Below, piece by piece: positions 1-10,599 of a stretch of DNA of 64,000 nt. Within the stretch, counting starts at the first letter, position 1. Each line of letters opens with the position of its first letter. This DNA is from Thermoanaerobaculia bacterium (GTDB lineage Bacteria; Acidobacteriota; Thermoanaerobaculia; UBA5066). The position numbers were made by a program, and so were the translations under genes. The stretch spans positions 160,001 through 224,000 of the forward strand of contig CAWFJJ010000029.1 of assembly GCA_963816185.1 (NCBI GenBank), in the 5' to 3' direction. A model generated the notes under the pieces. The model had not been told where the DNA came from. It made no database searches and was given only the letters and a program-made list of their open reading frames with translations.

Positions 1-457
1 AGACTCCGCCGTACTTCTCGAAGAAATCGGGGAACATCGTGTCGGTCCAGCGGTGCTCGCCCGTGACGTGCCCGATCGTGAAGCCGAAGCTGGCCAGGGT
101 GTCGCGCTCCCAATGCGACCCCGGCGCCCAGTGGAAGATGACGCCGCCCTTGGGTCCGTCCCAGCCGGTCCCGCCGTAGGCCTCCACCTGGTGCTCGGCG
201 AGCTTGTTGTTGAAGGCCCAGAAGACGAAGTCGATCCACCTCGGATCCCCCGGTACCAGCGTGAGGGTGTCGTCCGAGAGGTCGGCGTTCGGGTTATACG
301 ACGTCCTGACACCCTTGCACCGCTCCTGCCATTTCTCCTTGGTCCAGGCCATCCGGCTGAGGTGCTCCTTGTTCGAGACGCGGGAGCGGGCGCAGCCGGT
401 GAGAACCAATGGCGTCAGGGCAAGGACGAGAAGAAGCCGGAGTTTCCGTCTTTGCAT
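1..457 (-). CDS. Hypothetical lipoprotein, runs off the left edge
   Basis: Not in the ORF track. Manual translation MQRRKLRLLLVLALTPLVLTG-C-ARSR... has a lipobox LTGC, AAGGAGG precedes ATG 457, and the frame stays open to the window edge. Confidence 0.75.
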   Translation of the reverse strand, partial: MQRRKLRLLLVLALTPLVLTGCARSRVSNKEHLSRMAWTKEKWQERCKGVRTSYNPNADLSDDTLTLVPGDPRWIDFVFWAFNNKLAEHQVEAYGGTGWDGPKGGVIFHWAPGSHWERDTLASFGFTIGHVTGEHRWTDTMFPDFFEKYGGV

Positions 458-564
458 CGCGAGGCCTCCTTGGCCGGGGACGATGGAGCCCTCGCCAATA
501 TGAGGCGCGGGATCTCGCGTCGCGATGATCCCGGTCATACGAAGACGTCGCGAAACGGGGAATT

Positions 565-1983
565 CTACCTCCCGTAGCGCTCCTTGTAGAACTCGTCGAT
601 TTTCTGCCGCTCCTCCGGCGAGAGGCCTCTTTTCCACACGTGCCGGGGATCGTCCTCGACGGCCTTGATCGCGGCCAGCACCTTCGCATCGCCCTTGGCG
701 GCTTCGCGCGCCTGGGGGAGGAACTTGGTGTAGAAGTTCTCCGCCACCTCGAAGAAGCCGTGCCACTGGACGAAATCCGGCCCCTGCATCGCGGCGCCCA
801 TGCGCGCCCGGCGGCCCTCGTGGTGCCAGAGCCGGTAGAACGTCCACTCGATCTCCTCGTCGAACGGCGTTGGGGTGAGCTTTCCGGCTTCGCGGAGCGC
901 GGTCATGATGCTCTGCGCGGGCTGGGCGAACTTTGTGTTCCACAGGTCGACAGTGTCGTCGTACGACTTGTAGAACGAGTCGATGAAGGCGCCGCCGTGG
1001 CAGTTCGTGCAGACGCCCTTCATGGAGGCGCGCTTCTTCTCCCAGCCCTCCTGCTTCTTCGAGACGACGGGCCTGAGCGTCCAGGAGATCCGCGCCCCGA
1101 CGTCGTGCGTGAGGGGCTGTTTCGCCGTGGCCGACATGTGACACGTGGCGCACGTCGGAGCGGCCGTGTAATCGCGGCCCACGACCCACGTCGGGGACGA
1201 GAGGTTCATCTCGGACTTCCGCGTGCGGTACGCGATGCCGTGCTTGCTCTCCTCATAGATCTCGGCCTGCGGGTGATCAGGCCCGAGATGGCACTTGCCG
1301 CAGACCTCGGGCTGGCGCGCCATGGCCTTCGAGAAGGTGTGCCGGCTGTGGCACGCCGAGCAGGCTCCGCGCGAGCCGTCGGGATTCACGCGCCCGATGC
1401 CGGTGTTCGGCCAGGTCGCGGGGCCGAAGACGGGCGCGCCGATCGCGCTCTTCTGGTCGGAGCCGTCGGCGTTCTTCAGGGTGGCGAGCGTCGAGCCGTG
1501 ACACTGCCAGCAGCCGTTCACCGCGGCGAGCCGGCCCTCGACGACCTCGCCGAGCACGTTGTCGAGCGATCCGATGAACTGCGCCGCGCTCGCATGGTGA
1601 CTTCTCTCGAATTCGTCCACGATGTCGCCGTGACAGGGCGCGCAGGCCTTCGGCGAGACCGCCGTGACGATGGTCGCACCCTCGTGCTTCCAGGCCCCGG
1701 GATCCTTCGCCTCGGCGTTGTGACATTCCCAGCAGCCGATCCCCTGCGCGCCGTGCTTGCTGTCCCTCCACTGGGCCACGATTCCCGGCGTCTTCAGCGT
1801 GTGGCAGGCCACGCACGGCTTGCTCTCGTCGCTCAGGGGGCCGATCTCGGGAACGCGGCTCTTCACCTTTGCCGGGGCTTTCGGGGGAGGGACCTTCGAT
1901 TCCGCTCCCGTCGAGGTGCCGGCGAGGAGGAGGAACGGGAGAATCGCGAGGGTGGGCCTCGCGAGGGAGAGTCCAAGTCTCAT
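565..1983 (-). CDS. Octaheme cytochrome c, hydroxylamine oxidoreductase (HAO) family, epsilon-Hao-like
   Basis: Eight CxxCH motifs (CVACH, CWECH, CAPCH, CWQCH, CSACH, CGKCH, CATCH, CTNCH); family motifs GPDHPQxEIYxESKHG and WHHEGRRARMG; signal peptide; CAGGAGG before ATG 1983. Confidence 0.9.
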   Translation of the reverse strand: MRLGLSLARPTLAILPFLLLAGTSTGAESKVPPPKAPAKVKSRVPEIGPLSDESKPCVACHTLKTPGIVAQWRDSKHGAQGIGCWECHNAEAKDPGAWKHEGATIVTAVSPKACAPCHGDIVDEFERSHHASAAQFIGSLDNVLGEVVEGRLAAVNGCWQCHGSTLATLKNADGSDQKSAIGAPVFGPATWPNTGIGRVNPDGSRGACSACHSRHTFSKAMARQPEVCGKCHLGPDHPQAEIYEESKHGIAYRTRKSEMNLSSPTWVVGRDYTAAPTCATCHMSATAKQPLTHDVGARISWTLRPVVSKKQEGWEKKRASMKGVCTNCHGGAFIDSFYKSYDDTVDLWNTKFAQPAQSIMTALREAGKLTPTPFDEEIEWTFYRLWHHEGRRARMGAAMQGPDFVQWHGFFEVAENFYTKFLPQAREAAKGDAKVLAAIKAVEDDPRHVWKRGLSPEERQKIDEFYKERYGR

Positions 1984-2040
1984 GACGACCTCCTGAAATA
2001 GCACGTCGAGCCTATCGCGCCCGCAAGAGAGCGCAAGCGC

Positions 2041-3000
2041 TCAAACGGCCGGAGGTTCTGCTCCGGGCTCCTCGCCCCCCACTTCCTCCGCGACGAGATA
2101 GAGCGGCCGGCCCTTCACCTCATCGTAGATGCGGCCGAGGTACTCCCCGAGGACGCCGATGACCGTGAGCTGCACGCCGCCCAGGAGCAGGACGAAGACC
2201 ATGAGCGTCGTCCACCCGGGCACGTTGATCTTCAGGATCCAGAGGACGAGGACGACGAGGATGTAGAGAAACGCGAAGGCCGAGACGAGGAAGCCGAGCC
2301 ACGTCGCGAGCTGGAGCGGCACGTGGCTGAACGACGTGAGCCCGTCGAGCGCGAAGCGCAGCATCTTGCGCAGCGGGAACTTGGTCTCGCCGCGCGTGCG
2401 CGGCGGCCGCACGTACGGAACGCCCACCTGGCGGAAGCCGACCCACGCCGTCATGCCGCGGATGAAGCGGTGCCGCTCGCGCAGGCGACGGAAGGCCGCC
2501 ACGGCGAGCGGGCCCATGAGACGAAAGTCGCCGACGTCCACCGGGATCTCCACGTTCGTCCAGCGCTCGAGGAGCCTGTAGAAGACGTGCGCCGTCCAGA
2601 GCTTGAACGCGCTCTCGCCTTCCCGTTTCGTCCGCTGCGCGTAGACGACCTCGTACCCTTCGTCGATCTTCTCGAGCATCTCGGACAGGAGCTCGGGCGG
2701 GTCCTGCAGATCCGCGTCCATCACGGCCACGATCCGGCCGCGCGCGGCGTCGACGCCCGCGGTGAGCGCCATCTGGTGGCCGAAATTGCGCGAGAACCGG
2801 AGAGCCCTCAGGCGCGGGTCCTTCCGGGCGAAGGCCGCCATCTTCTCGAAGGAAGCGTCCGCGCTGCCGTCGTCGACGTAGACGATCTCCCAGGTGCGGC
2901 CCGTGGCCGTGAGGACGCGCGTCAAGCGCTCGTTCAGCTCGTCGAGGTTGTCGGCCTCGTTGAAGACCGGCAGCGCGACGGAGATCTCGGGTCGGTTCAC
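2041..3000 (-). CDS. GT2 polyprenol-phosphate glycosyltransferase (GtrB/ArnC-like)
   Basis: PVFNEA, VDDGS, SRNFGHQxA, MDADLQDPP, RF(I)RG motifs and two C-terminal TM helices. GTG 3000 overlaps the upstream stop (GTGA). Confidence 0.92.
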   Translation of the reverse strand: MNRPEISVALPVFNEADNLDELNERLTRVLTATGRTWEIVYVDDGSADASFEKMAAFARKDPRLRALRFSRNFGHQMALTAGVDAARGRIVAVMDADLQDPPELLSEMLEKIDEGYEVVYAQRTKREGESAFKLWTAHVFYRLLERWTNVEIPVDVGDFRLMGPLAVAAFRRLRERHRFIRGMTAWVGFRQVGVPYVRPPRTRGETKFPLRKMLRFALDGLTSFSHVPLQLATWLGFLVSAFAFLYILVVLVLWILKINVPGWTTLMVFVLLLGGVQLTVIGVLGEYLGRIYDEVKGRPLYLVAEEVGGEEPGAEPPAV

Positions 3001-4721
3001 GACGTGCTCCCGGGCGCCGCAGGCGACGGCGAGGAAGGCGCGGGCGAGGGCGGCGGCGCGGGCGGAGCCGCCGTCGCGGTCCTCCGGAAGACCGTCACCC
3101 ACACCGCCCCGATGGGGTTGTTGCCGTCGGCGCGGGCCCAGGTCTGGCGCGTAAACAGGTAGACGAGGAGCTGCTTGAGGCTCGGCCTGAGCGGCGAAAG
3201 GGAGGTGTCGGGAATCCACCAGGCACGAAACGGCACGCGGTCGCGTTTGTACGCCGGACCGAGGATCTCCGCCTGTTTGTCGGCCTCGCTCTCGTCGCAC
3301 AGGACGATCGGCGGGCGGAGGTCTCCCTTCGGCGCCTGCCAGTTCACGGGCGCGTTGCGCACGTACCAGCTCATCGGCCAGCCCGCCTCGCCCGAAATGA
3401 TGGCGGCCGGCACTTCGCCGGCCTTCCCGTACGCGAGGATCTCGTCCACGAGGCCCAGCATCTCGGGACAAGTCTGGACCTGGATCGTCGACTCGGCCTT
3501 GCGCGAATTGGGCGTCAGGACGGGGTAGACGAAGGAGAAAACCGCTGCGGTGAGAAACGACGCGGCCGCCATCGCCGCGCCGGCGAGCCTCCAGCGCGCG
3601 CCTTTTTCGGCGAGAAGCGCCCACGCGGCCCCGGCGAGCGGAATGAACGGAAGCACCTGATGGACGATGAGCCAGCCCGCCTTCTCGCCGAGCCAGGCGT
3701 ACATCGCGACGGAAGAGAGCGCCCAGCCCGTCAGGAAGCGCTCGGCATACGTGAAGCGCGACCAGCGCGTGGCGATCAGCGCAAGCGCCGGCAGGATGAT
3801 CGCGAACTCGTATTGCAGGAGACGCGGCAGGTAGAACGTCTTCGGCCCGCCGACGCGCTCCATCTTGTGCTGGCCCCACCAATACCCAATCGCCTCGAAA
3901 ACGGGATTGCCCGACTCGGGATGGGTCAGAAACACCGTGTAGAGGACCTCGGACACGCAGAAGAAGAGCAGGAGCGCTCCGAGGAGCGGGACGGTATGCG
4001 CCTCGAGCCAGTCGATGAGACGGCGCAGCCGGTTCCACACGTCCAGACCGCGGCCGGGCTCCATCCAGGCGACCCCGACCGAGGGGACCATGAGCGCGAG
4101 GAGGACGTAGAAGTTCTCTTTCGAGGCGAAGGCGACGGACGCCGAAAGCGCGGCGTAACAGAGATCGCGGAGGCGCCCACGCTGCAGATACTGATCCAGC
4201 CACAGGAACAGGCCTGCCGTCCCGAGAAGGCTCCAGACGTCGTCGCGGCAGAAGCGGGTGTAGTAGAGAAAGTTCGGCGAGAACGCCGCGAGCGCGCCGG
4301 CCGCGAATGCCGTTGCCGCACCGAAGCGGCGTCTCAGGAGGAGCGCCATCGCCGAAAGGGCGATGCCGGCGAGCGCGGCCGGGAGGCGCGCCGTGAAGTC
4401 GGACGAGCCGTCCCACGTCTTCGCGTCGGGGATGCCGAAAACGACGCCCGCGACCTTCCCGACGGCGGAGGCGGCCTTGAACACGATCGCGACCGCGTAG
4501 TACTGGACCGGCCCGTGGTAGACGGGGTCGTACTTGTACGTGCCGTCCTTGAGGAGGCGGAGCGCGGCCCACGCGTGGATCGACTCGTCGTGGTGGAAGG
4601 CGTGCGTCCCGAGCTGGACGAGATGGAGGAGGGCCGAGAGCGCGAGGAGCGCGATCCAGGCCTTCTTCTCGAAGGCCGAAAAAGGCGTTTCGGAGCCGGA
4701 GGACGGCGCGGCAGCGCTCAT
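2997..4721 (-). CDS. TIGR03663-like (Agl23-like) GT-C-type membrane protein
   Basis: HHDESIH and YDPVYHGP carry the invariant DE and HGP; RFCRDD and SKEN motifs; polytopic. ATGA overlap with the upstream gene. Confidence 0.8.
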   Translation of the reverse strand: MSAAAPSSGSETPFSAFEKKAWIALLALSALLHLVQLGTHAFHHDESIHAWAALRLLKDGTYKYDPVYHGPVQYYAVAIVFKAASAVGKVAGVVFGIPDAKTWDGSSDFTARLPAALAGIALSAMALLLRRRFGAATAFAAGALAAFSPNFLYYTRFCRDDVWSLLGTAGLFLWLDQYLQRGRLRDLCYAALSASVAFASKENFYVLLALMVPSVGVAWMEPGRGLDVWNRLRRLIDWLEAHTVPLLGALLLFFCVSEVLYTVFLTHPESGNPVFEAIGYWWGQHKMERVGGPKTFYLPRLLQYEFAIILPALALIATRWSRFTYAERFLTGWALSSVAMYAWLGEKAGWLIVHQVLPFIPLAGAAWALLAEKGARWRLAGAAMAAASFLTAAVFSFVYPVLTPNSRKAESTIQVQTCPEMLGLVDEILAYGKAGEVPAAIISGEAGWPMSWYVRNAPVNWQAPKGDLRPPIVLCDESEADKQAEILGPAYKRDRVPFRAWWIPDTSLSPLRPSLKQLLVYLFTRQTWARADGNNPIGAVWVTVFRRTATAAPPAPPPSPAPSSPSPAAPGSTS

Positions 4722-6808
4722 TTCAGGATCTCGAAGATCGCGGCATCGCCGGTCGCGAAGGCGCGGCGGAAGTTCGCGCGCATCGGGAACGCATTCGGGC
4801 CGAAGTCGCGTTTCTCGAGCGCGCCGACGAAGACATAGCGCACGTTGTACGCGTGCAGAATTTTGAAAACCGACTCGGAATCCTCGGACGTGTAGATCGC
4901 CCTGAGATCGCGTTTGCGGGCCGAGGTCTCGGCGACGGAGCCGCCGCCCCGCCAGAGGCCCTCGTGGTTCTCCCACCCGAGAACGGTCGGCAGGCCCGAG
5001 GCGGCGCCGATGCGGCCGTAGTCGCTGTACGCGTTGCCCGTGGCCTCCGCGAGGACGGCGCCCTCCACGGCGTGCGTCCGAAGCCAGAAGATGGCCTCGC
5101 GGTCGCCGGGCGCCTCGCGCGTCATCCAGCGCAAGCCGTCGAGCCCGTCGAGGGGCCCGCTCCAGCTGGCGCGGACCGCGATTGCCGAGAGAGGATGCGC
5201 GAGGGCGGCGCCGAGCGCGGCCACGATCGCTGTGCGGATGAAAACGCGCGCGTGGCGCGAGGCGAGCGCGAGCGGGAGAAGCAGCGCACCCCCCAGCGCG
5301 AGAAGGGGCCAGGCGCCCATGAAGCACTTGAAGACCGTGTTCATGCGGCGCATCGACTCTCCGTAGGAATCCGAGACGAGGACGACATCGGGCACGGCCG
5401 CGAGGACCGCACCCGCCGCGGCCAGGAGAAGACCGGCCCTCAACGCGCCCGCGGGCCGCTCGGGCTCGGCTGGCCCCTTCTCCCTCAGCAGAAGCCAGGC
5501 GACGCCTGCGGCGAAGGCGGCCGCAAGCGAGAAGACGGGCTTCTGCGTGAGGACGACGAGAGCGAGAGCGAGCGCCGGAAACGCACACGCCGCCACGAGC
5601 GCCCGGTCGGCGCGCGCCTGGCTGCGCACGAGCGCGATTCCGAAAGCGAGCGCCGGAATCACGGCGAGAACACCGAAGTGAAGAAAGGCGTCCGCCGCGC
5701 CCGTCCCTTCCTTCCACCACGAAAGCCCGCTGAACTTGGGACGCGGGGAGAGCCAGAACGTCAGGAGAAAGATCCCCGCGGGAACGAGCGTCGCGAGACT
5801 CCGGATGAAGGCGGGCTTGAAGTTTCGCTCGGCGAGGTTGCCGGCGCCCAGGATGAGGAGCGAGGCGGGAAGGTCCCACGGGTTCGCCGAGACGACGGCC
5901 GCGAGGAGCAGGGCGTCGAGCAGGGTCCCCGAAACGCGCCCGACGCGGCCCGCGAGGCCGAGAAGCGTCACGAGAAACGGGAACGTGACGGCGTGCGGGT
6001 GAAGATCTCCGAGGCGGAACGTGAAGAGCGGCCACTCGGTGATCGTGTTCGGGTTCTCGACGCGCCGCGAGGACAGCCACCAGTCGAGGTCGACGAGCTT
6101 CTTGCCCGAAAGGAACTGGCGGGCCCCGTCGAACGTCCCGCCGAGAATGAGAAGGAGCCCGCCGAAGGTCGCGATGAGAGTCCCGCCCCGCCTCGCGCGG
6201 ATCGCGCCGAACCCCGCGAGCGACGCGAGCGCGGGCAACAGCGCGGCGATGAGGTTGTAGGCGTACTCCGACGGCACGCGAGCCGCGCGCGCGGGGAGCG
6301 CGAAGAGGTACGTCCCGAAGTAATAGTAGGGAAAGCGCTCCCCGGAGAGCCAAGGGTCTACGAACGGCAGCCGTGAGGTCGTCATGAGGCCCGAGAGGAC
6401 CGCGAAGTCCATCGGCTTTTCGGTCTGGCGGATCTCGCCGAACGTCCAGCGGATCCAAAGGAAGAAGACGAAGACTCCGAGGAAAAGCGCCACGGGGACG
6501 AGTCGCGCCCGGGAGCGAGGAACGACGCCTAAGAGGTCGGTGCCGCCCCACAGAAGGCCTCCGGTGAGGGCGAGGAACGCGAGGGGCAGCGCGAGCCGGG
6601 CGATCGGAACGTAGAAGAACGACGACAACAGCCAGCCGGGCGTTGCCGCGAGGACGAGGCCAACCGGGATCGCGAAGGAAAGCACGGCGTCGGCGCGGGA
6701 ATCCGGCTCCGCCTCGTCTCCGCGGAAAAGGCGGGCGAGCACGGCGGCGCCCGACGCACCGGCCAGGAGGAGGACGAAGGCGAAGAGAAGCGCCGTCGGG
6801 ACCGTCAC
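4718..6808 (-). CDS. DUF2298 / Chlor_Arch_YYY (TIGR03662-like) membrane protein
   Basis: EKPMDF, DPWLSG..PYYYFG, TITEWPLFTFRLGDLHPH, RMNTVFK, LDG and GLPTVLGWxxHE motifs. Confidence 0.88.
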   Translation of the reverse strand: MTVPTALLFAFVLLLAGASGAAVLARLFRGDEAEPDSRADAVLSFAIPVGLVLAATPGWLLSSFFYVPIARLALPLAFLALTGGLLWGGTDLLGVVPRSRARLVPVALFLGVFVFFLWIRWTFGEIRQTEKPMDFAVLSGLMTTSRLPFVDPWLSGERFPYYYFGTYLFALPARAARVPSEYAYNLIAALLPALASLAGFGAIRARRGGTLIATFGGLLLILGGTFDGARQFLSGKKLVDLDWWLSSRRVENPNTITEWPLFTFRLGDLHPHAVTFPFLVTLLGLAGRVGRVSGTLLDALLLAAVVSANPWDLPASLLILGAGNLAERNFKPAFIRSLATLVPAGIFLLTFWLSPRPKFSGLSWWKEGTGAADAFLHFGVLAVIPALAFGIALVRSQARADRALVAACAFPALALALVVLTQKPVFSLAAAFAAGVAWLLLREKGPAEPERPAGALRAGLLLAAAGAVLAAVPDVVLVSDSYGESMRRMNTVFKCFMGAWPLLALGGALLLPLALASRHARVFIRTAIVAALGAALAHPLSAIAVRASWSGPLDGLDGLRWMTREAPGDREAIFWLRTHAVEGAVLAEATGNAYSDYGRIGAASGLPTVLGWENHEGLWRGGGSVAETSARKRDLRAIYTSEDSESVFKILHAYNVRYVFVGALEKRDFGPNAFPMRANFRRAFATGDAAIFEILK

Positions 6809-6864
6809 GGAACGGTTTCAAGGTAGCACAACACCATTCCCCGCACCGGCTTACACTCGAAAGA

Positions 6865-8181
6865 ATGGTGGCCGATTCGCCCCGCGTGGCCGTGATCGGC
6901 GGCGGCCTCGCCGGCCTCGTCGCCGCGGATCGCCTGCTCGGAGCGGGCGTCCCCGTCACGCTCTTCGAGAAATATCCCGACGCCGGGGGCCTCGTCGGCA
7001 TCGTGACGGTGGGAGGGACGCCGCTCGAGAGGTACTACCACCACCTCTTCACGAGCGACGTCGACTACGTCTCCTTCGCGAAGGAGTTCGGCTTCGAAAA
7101 GGAAATCCTCTGGCTGAAGTCGCGCATGGGCTTCCTTTCGGGCGGCAGGCTCTACGACTTCGGCACCCCGGCCTCGCTCCTCGGATTCAAGCCGCTCGGA
7201 CTCTCCGGCAGGCTTCAGTTCGTCCTTTCGACGCTCAAGCTCAGGCAGAGCTCCGACTGGAAGGGGCTCGAAGGCGAGACGGCCATGGGCTGGATGCGGA
7301 AGAACGGTTACGGCCGCGCGCTCGACGCCGTGTGGGGGCCGCTCCTGCGGCAGAAGTACGGGCGCCGCGCGGAAGATGTCGGGTTGGTGTGGTTGTGGGG
7401 AAAGATCACTCTTCGGACGCGCTCTCGCGACGAGACGGGCCTCGGCGAGCGCCTCGGCTACGTGAAGGGCTCTTTCGGGCGCGGCGTCGCGGCGGTTCTC
7501 CAGCGCGTGAGAGAGCGCGGCGGCGACGTGCGCACGTCGCGTCCGGTCCGCATCGTGAAGCGCTCAGCCGGGGGCTTCGACGTGACGTTCGCGGGCGGCA
7601 CGGAGACGTTCGATCTCGTCCTCTCGACCGTCGCGATCCCCGAGCTGCTCAGGCTCGCGCCGGATCTCCCGGAGGAGACCCGCCTGCGGTGGAGCGCGAT
7701 CTCTTACTGCCACGCTTTGTGCCCGATCCTCGAGCTCGACCGGCCGCTCTCGCCGTATTACTGGCTCAACGTGGGGGACGACGCGATGCCGTTCGGCGGC
7801 GTCATCGAGCACACGAACTTCCTCCCGCCTTCGGATTACGGCGGGCGGCACGTCGTGTACCTGTCGAACTACGTCCTGCCCGACGACCCGAAGTGGAAGA
7901 AGCGCGACGAGGAGCTGTGGGCCGAGTACCTCCCGGCGCTCCGGGTCGTGAACGGTGCGTTCGACGAGAGCTGGATCCTCGCGAAGCAGATCGGGCGCGC
8001 CGAATACGCACAGCCCATCATCGTGCCGAACTACTCGAAGCTCCTCCCGCCGCTTCAGACTCCCGTCCCCGGGCTCTGGTCCGCCTGCATGGCGCAGACG
8101 TACCCGGAGGACCGAGGCCAGAATTACGCGATCCGCATCGGGCGCGAGGCGGCAGACGCGATCGTGAAGACGCTGCGCTGA
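6865..8181 (+). CDS. NAD(P)/FAD-dependent oxidoreductase (protoporphyrinogen-oxidase-like superfamily)
   Basis: GGGLAG Rossmann motif, [19 protein letters not shown]. Confidence 0.85.
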   Translation: MVADSPRVAVIGGGLAGLVAADRLLGAGVPVTLFEKYPDAGGLVGIVTVGGTPLERYYHHLFTSDVDYVSFAKEFGFEKEILWLKSRMGFLSGGRLYDFGTPASLLGFKPLGLSGRLQFVLSTLKLRQSSDWKGLEGETAMGWMRKNGYGRALDAVWGPLLRQKYGRRAEDVGLVWLWGKITLRTRSRDETGLGERLGYVKGSFGRGVAAVLQRVRERGGDVRTSRPVRIVKRSAGGFDVTFAGGTETFDLVLSTVAIPELLRLAPDLPEETRLRWSAISYCHALCPILELDRPLSPYYWLNVGDDAMPFGGVIEHTNFLPPSDYGGRHVVYLSNYVLPDDPKWKKRDEELWAEYLPALRVVNGAFDESWILAKQIGRAEYAQPIIVPNYSKLLPPLQTPVPGLWSACMAQTYPEDRGQNYAIRIGREAADAIVKTLR

Positions 8182-8184
8182 GCC

Positions 8185-9277
8185 TCAGTCCTCGGCGAGG
8201 AGGGGGAGTTGCGGGTCTGGCGGTGCTGCCGCCGCCATCTCTTCGGGCGTCATCAGGCCGTGGACGCCCACGCCGAGGAGGCGCACCGGGCGCGTAGCCG
8301 CTTCGGTCCGGGAGAGCAGCGCAAAGGCCCTCTCCGCGAGCTCGTCCGCGTCGCGCGTCGGCCGCCGGGTCTCGCTCCTCGTGACGGTCGTGAAGTCCCC
8401 GTAGCGCACCTTCAGGACGACCGTCCGCGCATAGAGGTCTCTCTTCGCGAGCCACGCCGCGTCGTGGCGCGCCATGGCTTCGACCTCTTCCCGCATCGTC
8501 TCGACGTCCGTCAGGTCCTCCGCGTAGGTGTCCTCCGTGCTGCAGGACTTCGCCTTCTGGTCCGGCACGACGCGCCGGTCGTCCTCGCCGTGCGCGAGGC
8601 GGACGAGCGAGTCGGCCCAGGTTCCGACGGCGTGTCTGAGCGCATCCACCGGAACGCGTCGCACGTCCACGAGGCGCGCGCACCCGAGCGCGAGGAGCTT
8701 TTCGGCCGTCTTCGGCCCGACGCCCCACAGAGCCTCGACGGGCAGCTTCTCGAGGAAGCGCTCGACGCGCTCCGGCGCGATCACCGTGAGGCCGTCGGGT
8801 TTCTTCCAGCCGGAGGCGATCTTCGCGAGGAACTTGTTCGGGGCGACGCCGGCCGAGACGGTGAGAGACGTGGCTTCGCGGATTCGTCTTGAGGCGCCGG
8901 GCCACGTCCACGCCGAGAGGCTCGTTCCATGCGTTCTCGGTCACGTCGAGATAAGCCTCGTCGAGGGAAAGCGGCTCGACGAGCGGCGTGACCGCCCGGT
9001 AGAGGTCGAAGATCTGCCGTGAGACGGCGGAATAGCGCCGGAAGTCGGGCCTGACGATCGCGAGCCTTGGGCAGAGGCGCACCGCGCGCGCCATGGGCAT
9101 TGCCGAGCGGACGCCGAACTTCCGGGCTTCGTAGCTCGCGGCCGCCACGACGCCGCGTCCTTTCGGGTCTCCACCGACGGCCACGGGCCTGCCGCGCAGC
9201 GAGGGGTCGTCCCGCTGTTCCACGGACGCGTAGAAGGCGTCCATGTCGAGGTGGAGGATGCGGCGGGGAGAGGCCAT
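8185..9277 (-). CDS. dinB: DNA polymerase IV with a frameshift near 8885 (probable sequencing error)
   Basis: [20 protein letters not shown] and SLDEAYLD in one frame; [19 protein letters not shown] and LWGVG continue in another frame. Confidence 0.9.
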
Positions 9278-9365
9278 GGGACTACCGCGAGGAGACGACG
9301 TCCCGGGCCGAAGGTCGCTCGGCGACCTGGCGCGCCTCGTGCTCGCTGACGGCCATGGCGGAACT

Positions 9366-10598
9366 CTACGCCGGCCGGCGGGACCTGCCGAGGAGCGCCG
9401 TGACGAGGATCGCGACGGCCAGGGAGGGGAGCGTTCCGCCCACGGGCGCGGCGAGGAGATACGCCGCAACGCCCGCGATCCACCCGCATACGCCGGCGAG
9501 AACGAAGCCGCCATGTCCCGCAGCGGGGGCGTAGAGGTCCGCGACCTCCGGCTTCCGCCTCAGGACGAAGAAGTGCGCGAGGAGGACGCCGCCCACCGGT
9601 ACGAGGAGGCCACCGAGGAGAAGCATGAAGTCCGCATAGCCTTTGAGCCAGCCGGGGAGGAGCGACAGCGCTGCCCCGATGAGGCCGATCGACCAGACGG
9701 AGGCGCGGTCGCGAGCCTTCGGGAAGAGGCTCTTCCATGCGAGGGCGGACATGTAGATGTTGACGAAGTTCGTCGTGAGCGTCGCGACGGCGAGAAGAAG
9801 AGCCCCCAGCCCTCCGAGGCCGACGGCGTCGAGCATGGCCCCCGGCTCTGCGGAGCCGGCGGCCCGCGCGCACGCGAGCCCGAGCGGCATGAACCAGAGG
9901 CTCGTGAGAGAGAGGCCGAGGAACACGGCCCCGGCGGCCTTCCGTGCCGAACGCGTGTAGCGGGGGTAGTCGCCGAACATGAGGAGCCACGAGACCTGGT
10001 AGCCCACGACGACATCGAACCCGCGCACGGCCGGCATCGAACCGTCTCCCGCCGCCGACAGGACACCGGCCGGCAGCGTGAGGCAGCGGGCCGTGAGAAT
10101 CCCGCCGACGACGAGAAGCAGGGGCACGGCGACACGGTCCGCGTGGCCGACGGCGCGCGGGCCGCCCGCGACGATCGCCGTCGCGAGAAGCCCCAGAGCA
10201 AACGCCCAGAGACGCTCCGAGGCCGGGCCGCCGAGGACGTGCGCGAGGGCCGACGCCGCGATCACGTTGTTCACGGCGATCCACGCGAAGTTCGTGACGT
10301 AGAGGATCGAAGACACGAGCGCGGCTCCGCGAAGGCCGAGCGCGGCACGGCAGGCGATGACGGACGGAACCCCGAGCCGCGGGCCCAGCGGCGCGAGCGC
10401 CGCCACGAGCGCCGAGCCGAGAACCGTCCCGCCCGCGACGAGGAGGAGCGCTTCCTTGAGGCCGAATGCGGGCACGAGGCTCGCGCCCGTCTGGAGCGTC
10501 GTCGCCACGATGTTCGCCCCCGCGAAGATGAGAAAGAGGTCGACGGAAGACTGGTTCTTCTCCGAGTCGGGGACCGGCCCGAGGTCGGCGGCCTGCAC
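9366..10598 (-). CDS. NCS1 purine/cytosine permease family (CytX-like) transporter
   Basis: About 12 hydrophobic segments; SWLxxxGDYxR and TTNFxNIY motifs. Confidence 0.8.
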   Translation of the reverse strand: MQAADLGPVPDSEKNQSSVDLFLIFAGANIVATTLQTGASLVPAFGLKEALLLVAGGTVLGSALVAALAPLGPRLGVPSVIACRAALGLRGAALVSSILYVTNFAWIAVNNVIAASALAHVLGGPASERLWAFALGLLATAIVAGGPRAVGHADRVAVPLLLVVGGILTARCLTLPAGVLSAAGDGSMPAVRGFDVVVGYQVSWLLMFGDYPRYTRSARKAAGAVFLGLSLTSLWFMPLGLACARAAGSAEPGAMLDAVGLGGLGALLLAVATLTTNFVNIYMSALAWKSLFPKARDRASVWSIGLIGAALSLLPGWLKGYADFMLLLGGLLVPVGGVLLAHFFVLRRKPEVADLYAPAAGHGGFVLAGVCGWIAGVAAYLLAAPVGGTLPSLAVAILVTALLGRSRRPA

Positions 10599-10599
10599 G

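Noticed and set aside
565-1983. HAO as evidence of nitrification or anammox
   Set aside because: The cross-linking Tyr appears replaced by Trp and no amo, cycAB or hzs genes are present in the window.
2041-7001. 843-aa and 1334-aa track ORFs as fusion proteins
   Set aside because: Their N-terminal parts are off-frame readings of the upstream genes; real starts at 3000 and 4721 overlap the upstream stops.
8870-8900. Programmed frameshift in dinB
   Set aside because: No slippery site; similar indels occur in three unrelated genes.
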